DNA of 64,000 nt, from positions 1,302,001-1,366,000 of the forward strand of contig MU008168.1 of NCBI GenBank assembly GCA_010909165.1, in the 5' to 3' direction. The stretch comes from Anthoceros angustus (Eukaryota > Plantae > Anthocerotophyta). Made by a program: the position numbers and the translations under genes. This document shows, one piece after another, positions 10,560 to 21,800 of the stretch; positions within the stretch are counted from its first letter, which is position 1; each line of letters opens with the position of its first letter. The notes beneath the pieces are model-generated. The model saw only the letters and a program-made list of their open reading frames with translations. It made no database searches and had not been told where the DNA came from.

Positions 10560-12096
10560 GCTAGCATTAAACTTAGGACTTATATACTTGAGAATTAATT
10601 GTTACTAAAAGACTTGAGATAGTCTTCTTAGGCCCATTGATGCACAATGTTGTTGATGCTTGTGAGAGCCTTGGTGAGGATATCATTTGTCATTTGTTCC
10701 GTGGCCAATATATGACTTGAACTTTCCGTCCTTCGCTACTTTGGATAAAATGAAATTGTACCTCTATGTGTTTGGTACGCTGGAACTTGGAGTAAGTAAG
10801 TGAGATAGCTCCACGGTTATCACAATAGAGAGGTCTTGGGAGATCTTGAATTTCTCCCAACTCTGATAGCTGTAAAAGCTGCCATAATCCCTCCTTACAA
10901 GCATGTGTCAAGGAGCAATATTCTCGTCTGAACTTAGAGCAATCACGCTGCTTGGTTGCTCCAACTCAGCCGTGCCCCGAGACACATAGTCGTGCTTTTC
11001 CTAACGCCTTTGTCTCCGCCCAATCAGATCACTATATCCTTCGATGAAGGTGCTCATACTGCTTGATGGGAGATTGGTACAGGAGTCCCATATCCGAAGT
11101 AGATCTAAGATATCTAAATATGCGCTTAATGGCCTTCCAGTGTTCTTGTGTGGAAGATGATAGAAACTGAGAAAGTGCTCCCACTGGAAAAGCAAGGTCT
11201 GGTCGAGTGCAGACCATTAAATACATAAGGCTTCCGACTGTTGAAGAGTAGGGTAACTCATTGGTGTCGAGATCTGGAGTTGAATCTCGATCTGCCTTAA
11301 TCAACTTAAGGTTAACTTCCATTGGCGTGGAAATGGGCTTAGAGTCTTGCATCTTGTACTTAGCTAGAACTTCCTGTATATATTTGGACTGATGTATAAA
11401 TATGCTTCTAGACTCTCTATGTCTAACAATTTGAATACCTAAACAATAAGATCAATGCCTGCAAGTGGTCATAGCAAAACGCTTTGAAGCATTGACCTAG
11501 TTTCTTCTAGCATGGGTTTGGAGTTAGACATTAGTACTATATCATCTACGTATACAGCAAGTAGAATGAAACAGCCATCTGATTTTCTAATGTAGATATT
11601 ACTATCCGAGTCTAGTTTTGTAAACCCTAAGGCCTCTAAAGTTTCATCCAATTTAGAGTACCATTCCATAGCACTGCTTAAGTCCATAGAGTGCCTTTAA
11701 TAATTGCATGCATTGTATAGTCGTTCTGTTGACTTTAATCCCTTGGTATTTCCATGTATATGGTGTGTTGTAGGTCCCCATATAAAAATGCTTTTATATC
11801 TAATTGCATGAGCTCATAATCGTGATGAGAGGCTAGTGCTATGAGGGTTCTAAGTGATGTAATCTTAAGTACCGGGCTAAAGGTTTCATCATAATCAAAA
11901 CCGTGTTCGAGAATAGCCCTTAGCTACTAACTTTGGCCTTGTACCTCTCTATCGCCATCTGCATTTATCTTGAATGTCCACTTAGAGCCGACTAATTTTC
12001 TATATGGAGGTAAGGTGGTAAGTGTCCATGTTTTGTTAGCTCTTAGTGAATCCAGCCTCGACCTAATGGCAATTTTCCAATTTTCCTTTCGACATG
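10560..12096 (-). pseudogene. Copia reverse transcriptase plus RNase H, fragmented
   Basis: NKTWTLTTLP...GSKWTFK; WYSKLDETL...GF...LAVYVDDIVL; PYSSTVGSLMYLMVCTRPDLAF...HWKAIKRIFRYL; LYCDNRGAISL...RTKHIEVQFHFI. Confidence 0.95.
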
Positions 12097-12101
12097 TAAT
12101 A

Positions 12102-12438
12102 TGCAACAATCCTCGGCTCTGGGGTTAGGCGATGAGTCTAGGAATGGCATCTTTCATTCTTGTTTCTTGTGTACATATAGGTCCCGGCCTCGTTCATGCT
12201 AAGAACTCTTGGGAAATCAATCGGTTCTTGTTTACTGATTCTACCTCGATTCTAATTTACGGAATTTACCCATATTTAATCGGCTATTTCCTAATTCTTG
12301 GATAACGAGGTTAGTCTGGTTTTACCGTTTCTACATTAGTAAGTCTGTTATTATCTCCGTCGCCTCGTTTGCGTCCGTTAGGTTTGCTGCGCCATAGCGA
12401 GCGAAGTTTGTGTGGGTACCCTATCGGAGTGAGTCACA
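12102..12438 (-). repeat. Gypsy 3' LTR (TGT...TTGCA), with PPT GGGGAGAA at 12439-12446
   Basis: Aligns to 36924-37295 and to 39330-39685. Confidence 0.85.
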
Positions 12439-12449
12439 TTCTCCCCATT

Positions 12450-15400
12450 AGGCATGGTGCGGTCCTCCGACCATCAAGAATGGTAGAGAAAATCTGCGAC
12501 ACCGGTCTTTGTTCCCGGATGCAAGCTCGTCGGGTTTGCGCACGGATAATGTGATAGTGCGATGGCGGGCTGGCGTTGGCCAGTATGATCCGGTCGAGTT
12601 CTGGATGGAGGTCTCCTGCTTTCGTTTGGTGGTGTCTTTGGTTGGAGAGGGAGGGTCGAGTGTCTTGATGCGTTGCCGGTGACATCTGCGTTGTCTGTGG
12701 CAACATTTCGGGCTGAGAGGTTTATGACTAACGGGGCCCGATGGTAGTGCTGAAGTGCGGTGGTCGTGTGACGGGCTTGACATGGAGACATGGAATGTCT
12801 TACATATGATGTCACGGGGAGCTCGGTGGGCACCAGTTCACTGCTTGATCCGGAATGGTCCCAAATCGGTAGCTAAGTTTGTGCTTCTTGAACCGGGAGG
12901 GTATCGATGGTTTCATCCGAGCCACACCATCACTGACAGTAGCTCACATGTCGGCCAGTCTTTGGTTAAGCCAACTGTAATATCGATTAGTGCTGTGAGC
13001 TTGCTTCGTGCTTGCTGGATTTCGTGGAACAAGTCTTGACCACTCATTGCGCCATCACATCTTGTCTGGGCCATAGGCCAAGGCGGAGGGGGCCTGGTAA
13101 AGGAGCTTGAAGGAGCTACCACAGCCGGCATGGGGAAGAATTGTAGGCATATTCAAGAGGTAACATGGTTTCCCGCCCTTGCTTGTCGTGAGTGAAGTGC
13201 GCAACATATCTTCAAGCACTGATTGTGCTCTGCGTCCAGACTCGGGTGACATGAGGACGAGAGGTCTTGTTGGATTCCAGCGTCTCTGTGAAGGTCTTCG
13301 AGCCTAAAAACTTCGTATCTCGCCGGACACTATCATCAGGAGCTCCATGAAGCCTAAAATTTCTCGGATGAGCCGAGCTAGTTTTCTTTCTTTGTAACAT
13401 TGGCATGGTAGGGATCAAGTGGCAAGTTTTGGACGGTCCATGACCACCCGAATCATCCTTACCGGTCAGTGCAGATGTGTGTGATAAAGTCCATGGAGAT
13501 GGTGGAATCTGCCGATGGGGATCTGCGGAGGAAATGCGAGACATTTGTTCCGATTCTCGGTCTTAGCTTGGCAAGAGGTGCGAGGCGCGCAATTAATAGC
13601 ATCGGCCCCGCATCGGTAAAATGCTCCTTTACTCTAGCATATGTCTTATCGACTCCAAGATGGCCGAGATGGGGTCATCGTGGAGATCATGAAGAATGGA
13701 CCTCTTCACATCGCTAGTTGTTCGGGTATAACGAGTCGACCTTTTCTATAGGCACGCATCTTTCAATGTGTATTCTTGCATGAGTGGGGTAGGTGTACTG
13801 TTGTACATCTGATACCGATAAATTGTCCATAATGTGGGTCTCGAGGAAGAGCCTCTCTCCAAGTGATGGTGTTGGTGGGTTGTCATGAGGGTGCAGCCCG
13901 GCTCGGGGCATCGGCCACCACATTAGTGGTGACATCGGTTGAAATTGAATGCCAACCAGCAGCGGCGCCTGTTCGAGGTTGGGTTGGTGAAAAAAGTCTT
14001 TGCAATGAATGATGATCGGTGTGGCATGTGAACTTGACCAAGCGGGTAATGTCGCCAAGTTCTCGGTCGTGCACTATGGCCAACATCTCTTTGTCATATG
14101 CGGTAGTTCAGCTGCACCAGCTTAGTGACTCATAGGCAATGACCTTGCCCTCACAGGAGAATCGCCCCATGGCGAAGTCCAAAGCATCGGTGTGTCTGAA
14201 TACGGTAACTTTGGATTGGCCTTTGCTAATCAGTCTTTGTACTGAGCCTCCTTGAGGGCAAAAGCTTGTCTTGCTACAAGTCCCTAAGAAGCTCTTTCTT
14301 TGGCAGTTAGGCGGAGGCGTCCGTCAATGGGCGACAATCTTGTATAATCACGATAAATCTCCGGTAGAAGCGGATATGCCCAGGAACCCTTGTGTGATAT
14401 CTGAGGCTTCACTCCGATATCGCTTTGATTTTTGTGTCCACCTTGATACCATCTGTGATCGGATGGCCCATGTATTCACATTCCTCCTTCATAAATACAC
14501 ATTTGCTGCGTTTTGCGTTTTGCGGAGCTTGTTCTTGCGTAGAAGATCAAACACCTTCCTAACCAACTCATAATGGCACGGGATCGGCGTGTATATTAGG
14601 ATGTCGTCGAGGAAAACCTCGGTACGCGGAGGAGGCGCGAGATTCTGCATCGAGACCTTGAAAGGTGGTGGTGCATTTGTGAGGCCAAAGGGCATCACGA
14701 TGAACTCGAAGTGCCCATGTCTCGTCTGAGCAGCGTTTATATTCATCCCTTCTCGATTCGAATCGATGGGCCGGGCCTTGAGATCCACCTTGGTAAAATA
14801 TCGGCCCCATTTGGTCTAATATTTCGTCTGTCGTGGCATACGGTACACGTTTCTAATGGCTCGGTTTAAACCCACGTAGTCGATACATAGGCCTTGACCT
14901 CCATCTGGTTTTCCCACCAACAACACTGGAGCACGAGGAGGGAAGGCAGGATGAACCCTTGCTGTAAGTCGTCAACGGCAGTCTCCTCACTTTTTTGGTC
15001 ACGGAGGCCGGTGGTGGTATGCTCACGGCTTATGACGGTACTAATTCGATGCAGTGGTCGATAGCTCTCGGGGTGGCGATCCTGTGGGTGTTGCAACGTC
15101 CTCATACTCACTTGTGGTCCTTCATCTCGGTAAGTGCCTCATCTTCCACAGCTTGGCGTACGTGACTCATTGTTCCTTCTAAAGGGAGAACCTTTTTGAG
15201 GCGCTACATACAGGAACTTGGTGGGCGGTAGCTTTACTAAGAGCCGACCACGGCAAACAAGTGTTTTGTCGGGGCGTGTTGTCCCCTTTCATCACGTCTT
15301 GTTCTTGGTTGAGGTTCATTAACTACATTACTTGACCGATCTATCTCCAATCCATTGGAGTGTTTGGCTAGCCAAGGTTTGCCAATGATCATGTCATGGC

Positions 15401-16114
15401 ACAGGTTGGCATCACGTGAACTCCGGGACCTACAACCAGGAAGGCAACCTGCGGATGTACATTGCTCCTTGCCGTGTCTCGCCCATCCGAGTCATTACCA
15501 CAGTGGACGGATGTGTGTCTATGACTAACCACCTTCTCTGCTAATGAGACATAGTGGTGACTAGCACAGTCTAGCAAACTAGTGGCTTTCTCTCCATTCA
15601 GTCTCACTAACAACTTGATTGGCACATGATCCAGTTACAGGCTTATTCTGACCATGGCACAACCGAGACCGCGGTGGCGTTTTGGCTCGGCTACCTCTTC
15701 TATGGTGGTGACCACTCTTGACACATGCAATAAAATGCAGAGTACGAGTAGACTTACCCGTTTCCTTAAGCGATGAACTCCTTCCTATGTGGCAAGCCGG
15801 GATCGTAGTGCAGCATGGCCGTGCACAAGTGTTTCTCATGGTATTTCTTTTCTCCTCTTACATGAGAATCTTGAATACGGGCTTCTTTTCTTGCTTTCGA
15901 CCCCATCTCGGCTCGATGCTCTACTGTGTTGAGATGCTTGTATTTATTACTCGTAGTTGATAGCGGTTCTCATTGCATCAGCCAGGGTGTTTGGATCCGT
16001 TTGATTCACGTCGGCCGAGATCATTCTTGAGAGTCGATGAACGTTCGATCTTCACTCTTCGTCAAGCGGGCATGTCAAGGTGAGTTGAAGAAATTTATAC
16101 TTAATAGTCTTGAA
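12450..16114 (-). pseudogene. Gypsy gag C-terminus, protease, RT, RNase H, integrase and chromodomain, heavily frameshifted
   Basis: DYYDKFLQLTLDMP...QFIDG (gag); CxKSGH knuckle; LLDCASHHYVS (PR); EFIVMPFGLTNAP, FLDDILIY (RT); IAYESxKL, EMLAIV, TDHHSL (RH); integrase core; GPFRI...LELP...FHVS; PELDRII...PDELAS (chromodomain-like). Confidence 0.9.
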
Positions 16115-16122
16115 TGTTCCTA

Positions 16123-18492
16123 AACCGATAATTTTGAAGGGATATCGGCCCTTGACAACCCCTTGTCACGAAGAACACCTTTCCGACGACATATGTGCCC
16201 TACTTTGATAATGCACACCCTTTACGAGGTCATACTGTGATAAAGAGCACTTTCAAGTCTACACGAGGCTGGAGCACAATAGGGTGTGGGCCCGTCGTTT
16301 TGTAGAATGCATAGAGGGCTGCCATTTTCATATGTTTATTACAACCGAAAACTTTTACTTTCAAGTGGTGGAACACAATGAAAACAATCTTGTACTAGCG
16401 GGAGTCTTATTTCATGGTCGTGAGAACATTGCAACAAACAAGCTAAAGGAAGAAGTGGTCATCGGCGCCAATAGTCATTCAAGAGTGCGGCTGACGACTC
16501 ATCCATGCCTTCGCGGCGGGTCAAGTACCGCCATATTAGGAGGCGGTCCATATCCTCCGCCTCGAAGTTGTCGTTCTCCTCCATTGCTTGCTCGTCTTCA
16601 ATAGTACCATTCTTGGGCCCGGTCCGGCGGTGTCGGCCACACCTGACATCTAGCTGTGACCCTCATCCAAAAGGTCGCGGTCGTGGTCTTCAACCTTCGG
16701 CACTCAATGCAACCACTTGGGCTTTAAGGCAATGCTAGCGTCCTTAAAATGAACAAAGTTAGTTGCCCATGCGCCCATGCAAGCATCCTTAAAATCAACA
16801 AAATTGAGTTAGGAAGATACGGTTTTGAACACGCAACCTATTCATTACTACACTTATTTCCCAAACACTTGACCAACAATCCCAAGTTGCAACTCTTGAG
16901 GCGCTAAATATATATTTTCTTGAAGACAGCCTATGAGGAGCCCATGGGGGCGCCGGCCAGCGCCCATGGGTGGGCAGTGTGCTAGGGAGGCGCCGGCCGG
17001 CGCCATGCGCAGGGCGTGTGGGGGCGTGGCGGCGGGGCGGGCGTGTGGGGCGGCCGGCCCGGCCGGCGGTGTGCTAGGGCCGGGTGCCCGGCGGTGTGCT
17101 AGGGGCGCGGCCGGCGCCCATGGGCGTGTGCTAGGGAGGGCCGGCGCGCCATGGGCGGTGTGCAGGCGGGCCAGGCGGCGGGCGTGTTGGCGCGGCCGCG
17201 CCCGCTGGCGAGTGTGCTAGGGGCGCGGCGGCCCGGCGCCAGCCAGGCGGTGCTAGGGGAGGCGGCCCGCCCATGGCGAGCATCTTGGGGGAGGCGCCCG
17301 GTCGGCGCCTCCTCCTCATCCTACGGTGCATGCGGGTGAAGCTAGGGGGACAAGAAGGGCAGCGGGTATCCTATCACCGATGGAAGGTGTGGCCCATTTG
17401 CGGGAAGGGTTAAAGATTTGCGTCCATAAGTGGTATTGAAGAGTACAAGTGGTGGGAAGCCTTTTGGGTGGACGGAAGGAGATTGCTATCATTGTGGAGA
17501 ATAACATTGGGCTAGTGCTACACGTCCTTGGAAGTGGTTTTCACGTGTAGAAGTGGATCATACTGACTGACCACTTCAAGTGCGGATGAAGCTTTGCTAG
17601 ATGAGGCATTATTGAGGACCTCCAGTGATATGTAGGGGCATATCAAAATGCGGGAAGGGCTGGGAAATGGCGGATGAATGGGGACATAGCGAAATCGAGA
17701 GGGATGTTTACGGCGTGCCGTGTCTGGACACGCATACTAGGCCATTACGGATTGGGAGGTCATTGGCGTGAAGCTAAACGCACCGACCTCACTTTCTTAT
17801 CCACTAGTATCGGACCGAGCACCGAGCGTATGAAGGAGATATGTGCGAGGAATACATAGTCCGGTGGTAACCCATCGGTCCAATCTTGGGAAAAAGGGAA
17901 TAAGGTCCATTACCATCGAGGTATTTGTAGATGAAACGTCATCACTGTATTATGGGTTTGTGTTGAGCATGCGAAACATCATGCGGTGGACAAAAAGCGA
18001 TAAGGGATAAGCTCTGCGAGTTCGTGGCTTCATACAACTGCGAGTCAAAGTGCGGCGAAGATAGTGATGACAATGCGGGAGAAAATTTGGACCAAGTGAT
18101 GAGATGGATTGAACTACGGGGATGAGTGGGCGAAATCTCGTTTTCCGGGGTCCCGAGTTAATGTTGTAAGTCCAGGTTCTTGATGTTTACGTGAGGAAAT
18201 ACCCAGTGGCTTTTGTGGTGTCATAACAAAACCACATTTCCATCCCAAAAGCGGGTTCTGATCGTCCTTGCGGAGAGCGGCCTTCCTCACCGTTCCTACT
18301 TTGCATCATTCCCTAGGTTCGAGTTTCGACCACCATTCGACACAAACATTCTTTGGATGGAAAGTAGTAACTTTCTTGGTGACACCCTTTTGAATTTGTT
18401 TTCCATGCCTTCAAAGCCTTTTAGGGCCCATCAAAACCCCTTGAGATTATTTACGGAAAACCCCTTCTAGATTATTAACCCCAAAATTATCG
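16123..18492. mobile_element. Non-autonomous TIR DNA transposon (about 2.37 kb), about 20-bp TIR CGATAATTTTTGAAGGGG, about 8-bp TSD (TGTTCCTA); hAT-like geometry
   Basis: TIRs at both ends (clearer in the mirror, 59671 and 62011-62030). Removing it restores gag: ...FWKIQQLGT|IQDYYDKFLQL. No transposase recognised inside. Confidence 0.75.
16935..17315. repeat. GC-rich tandem array (about 35-39-bp unit) with core CCATGG-GGCGCCGGCCGGCGCC-CCTAGCACAC
   Basis: About 10 degenerate units; cleaner in the mirror at 60850-61210. Confidence 0.85.
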
Positions 18493-18847
18493 TGTTCTAG
18501 TTGTTGTATCTTCCGGGCCGGTGATAAAGCTCCCTTGGTGGTTAGCCGGGGAGGAAGTTCTCCAAGAAAGATCGGAAGGGCGACCGGGAGTAGATCGGCT
18601 TCTCCATTCCAATCTCCACATCTCTCCCTCTGCCTCCACCACATGGGCGTAGCCCTCAAGGACATAACTTGCTGGATTTTTGAGTCCGTCCTTCCAAGTC
18701 GCGTTCGGGTTCGAGCTTGTCCAACCAATCGTGTCACACTTGTGCATCCTTTTCATTGCCGTTGAATGTGGTCGTTACGATCTTACCAGCAATTCTTTGT
18801 CCAAGCTGTGCGAGGTTTGAATAGCGCCGTCCCTTGTGACTCAATTC
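18493..18847 (-). pseudogene. Gypsy gag, middle segment
   Basis: Mirror ORF 59419..59676: KIQFCVMSLEGYAYRWWRQRE...SWSSFRQIFLENFLPVNHRRELYHQFWKIQQ, a retrotransposon gag motif. Confidence 0.85.
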
Positions 18848-18850
18848 GCT

Positions 18851-21800
18851 CCTAGAAAAGGGCACCTATGTTACACTTTATGTTAAGATTTGGACCCTGG
18901 ATGTAACACTCATGTTGCAATTTTGGGGTCATGTAACACTTTTGGGCCCCTTGTTACACTTTGGCTTGGAAACCATACCACGGTTGTTGCAATCATGTTG
19001 CAATGGTGTTGCAATTATGTTAAGATGAAGTGAGAGGTGGTTTGCCCTCTCTCAAAATTGCAACATGATTGCAACATCTAAAGTGTTACAAGAGAGGTCT
19101 TGTAACACTTTTGGAGGCTTGGAACCTCCTCCCCATCCACCATTGCCCTTTTACTTTTGCCTTTGAAATACCACGTTTTTACTTGGTAGTTACCAAATAC
19201 ACCCTTCAATCGACCATATACAAATACGTATCAATACATCCTTGTACTATACGCATAGTCTACTGATAAATGTAATGTATTATTCTAAGTGCTATACGGG
19301 TGTATTCAATTTCATATAAAATAAGTTTGTATATTACGTATTACATACATATCGTATATTCATGGTACGATACTTTGTATTTACTATATGTAAATAGCGG
19401 CACCCTTTATACCCCTACTTTATAGCATCTTGGCGGTTTGTCCTTCCGTCAACAATAGCCATCGGCTTCCGCCATGCGCCCAAGAAGATATTGTCCCCAC
19501 CTATCACCTTATTGTGACGCATCACCGAGGTTATGCCCCTACAAGATTGTCTTTGCGGAGGAGATTTGGTATCGCTATGCTTACGCCTCCATGTAAGGCA
19601 CTTCCTACTCGTCATCGTATGCACCTGAAACTTCCGCCTCCCGTTCGATTCGCAATTTTCTTCTTCCCCTCCCCACTTGCGTTTGGCGAGGCAACTTCCT
19701 CCGCTTCCCTCCACTACGTAGCACACATTGCACATACAAACCAGCATGGCCGTCATGAGTTATCCAGTTAATGGGTTTCCCAGCTGTCCATTTGCCTTAC
19801 CTTCCCTCCGGTCCCTCCTCTTTTCTTCCGCCCTTCTTGCTGGACATTTTCCTCTTCCGTCCTCCTTCTTCCGGTACAGCCTGCCCTTGTCACTTGCCCA
19901 CGCCGCCTCCTCTACTCCTCCTCCGTTTTCCTCTTTCGGCCTCCACCCTTTATCACAGTGGCATTTGCCTCAGGGCTCCACTATGCAGTCCATGCATCCG
20001 AGGCTGCAAGGTATGTGTCGGCACAAAATTAGGCACATCGTCCTCTTCAGCACTCCTCTCTGCGTCCATGTTCTGCAGGCCCCCCGTCTGTCCCCACGGC
20101 CTCCATCTGCATTGGCCTTTGCGATATCAAGCTGCATGTTGCCCTCTTAGTCCTCCTTCATTCTCTCTCCCTCGACATCCGCCTCATGTTCGTTCTGCGC
20201 CTTTTTTTGCCCACCATGGCTGGCTGGGTGATCCACTCATCGTCCTCCACCCGCTCCTCCTAGTCCCCTGCGATTTTTTGGTCCATAGTGCATGCACACA
20301 AGTGTGTTTCTTCACGGTGACGTTGTTGCCCCCTCCGTGCTCCACCACCCGACTCACGCCTCCACACCTTGTTCCTCCGCGTCGTCCTCCGCCTCACTCC
20401 ACCTCCCCACCACCACATACATGGCGGTCGCGGGCACCCTCCACCTCTTTTCCATTATTTGCTTGCCCACTGACCCTCGCGTGCCTCCATTGACCCCAAT
20501 CCCGGGCATGCCTTCCACCATCCCTAGGCAATCGTGGTGTCGCACCACAATATAAATCCCGTCACTCGGTTCCCCCCCTCCGCCTCCCTCCTGCATGTTT
20601 CCTCAAGACTGCGCCTCACCTCCACTTCCCCGCTCCTTGTTCATCACCTTTCCCCATTCAAAGTCCGTTGTCCCTCGCCCCTCGGCCTCCTTCCTCCCAA
20701 GCCCCTTCCGCCATCTGCATTCCTTGATAGCCTCTCGTCCATGTCACCACCTCGTGCACCATCGTTGCCTCCCACCCCTTCCTTCCTCGTCTCGGAAAGG
20801 CCACCATATCGGATCCATCTTCAATTCAATGTTAAGCAAAATGGTCATTTCCTTGTTCTCCTTGCAATAGCCCGAACCTCTAGGATCTTTTCATACACTC
20901 CCTATCTTACCTGAAGGAACTCGAGTAACCCCACTATCGCCTTTCACGATTTCCACCCTTTCCCTTCTAGCAATCGGCCTCCCTCGAAAGGTTGCCTCCC
21001 TTGTCTCAAGCTTGAAGCCAGATGCGGTGCACATGTGTTACCGTTTGTCCACCATGCCCACTCATCGCTGCAAACTTGAGCGTGTGCACACTTGCCGTCA
21101 CTTGCCGTTAACGCGTCTGCGAAACCCACCTCATCCAATGTAAATAGCTCTTCATCTATTTCACTTCACGATTGCTCCAACTCCGCATCCGTCGGGGGAG
21201 GTTCCACGTCTCAAAGTCGTCAAAATCAAGTCCGGGCTCGGCCATGTCGCCTCGCCTCTTACCTCTCGTGGCCCGTCTTGACGAGGAGGCCGCTTCTTCA
21301 CATCGCCGATGTTCGAATGGAGACCGGTGCGGTGGATGAGAGATAGCCCGAGGCCATTTGGCCCCTCATCCTCCCCACCCGGATATGCAGCTCGGCGGCC
21401 GTCCACTATGGTGTTCGCGCCTTCATGCGTGACTCCCCTAGCAAGCTTCACCTCGCCATACTCCCCATCCTGCGAACGGTTGTCCACCACCTTCGTGCCA
21501 TCAAGGCAATGGCTTCCCTCTCGTGAAAGGTGCGCCATGAGTCCGCCGAATTCAAGGCTGCTATTTTGAAAAAGCTTTGTTTGCAAAGGCCCGGTGGTTG
21601 TCATTTACTCCTCTTGGAATGATAGTGTGCACATGCTACTTGCCCATAATCGAACAATTTTCGACCACAACCTTGCGGACTTGGGAGCAAGTTTCATGTC
21701 CCATTGGTTCTGTCGTTACTCATGATGTATTATATTGCCCACATGGCGCCGCTCTCAATCGCCCATTCGCATTTTACCATTAATCATCGTCTTCCATGAC

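Noticed and set aside
12102-12438. Initially read as a duplicated Copia INT-RT linker, implying two Copia copies
   Set aside because: The PPT, TG...CA ends, TAATA TSD and restoration of the Copia frame show it is the Gypsy LTR.
16130-16460. LINE RT fragment (FDNAH...GCG.RFVECI)
   Set aside because: Resemblance to the LDFxKAYD...GF region is too weak; left as unexplained interior of the TIR element.
16700-16720. Second LTR end and PBS (GTTGCA TTGAGTGCC)
   Set aside because: No TGG-starting PBS in either arm, and it lies inside the TIR element.
17330-18800. A second independent Gypsy element
   Set aside because: The gag piece at 18493-18847 joins in frame to 16114 once the TIR element is removed, so it belongs to the same element.
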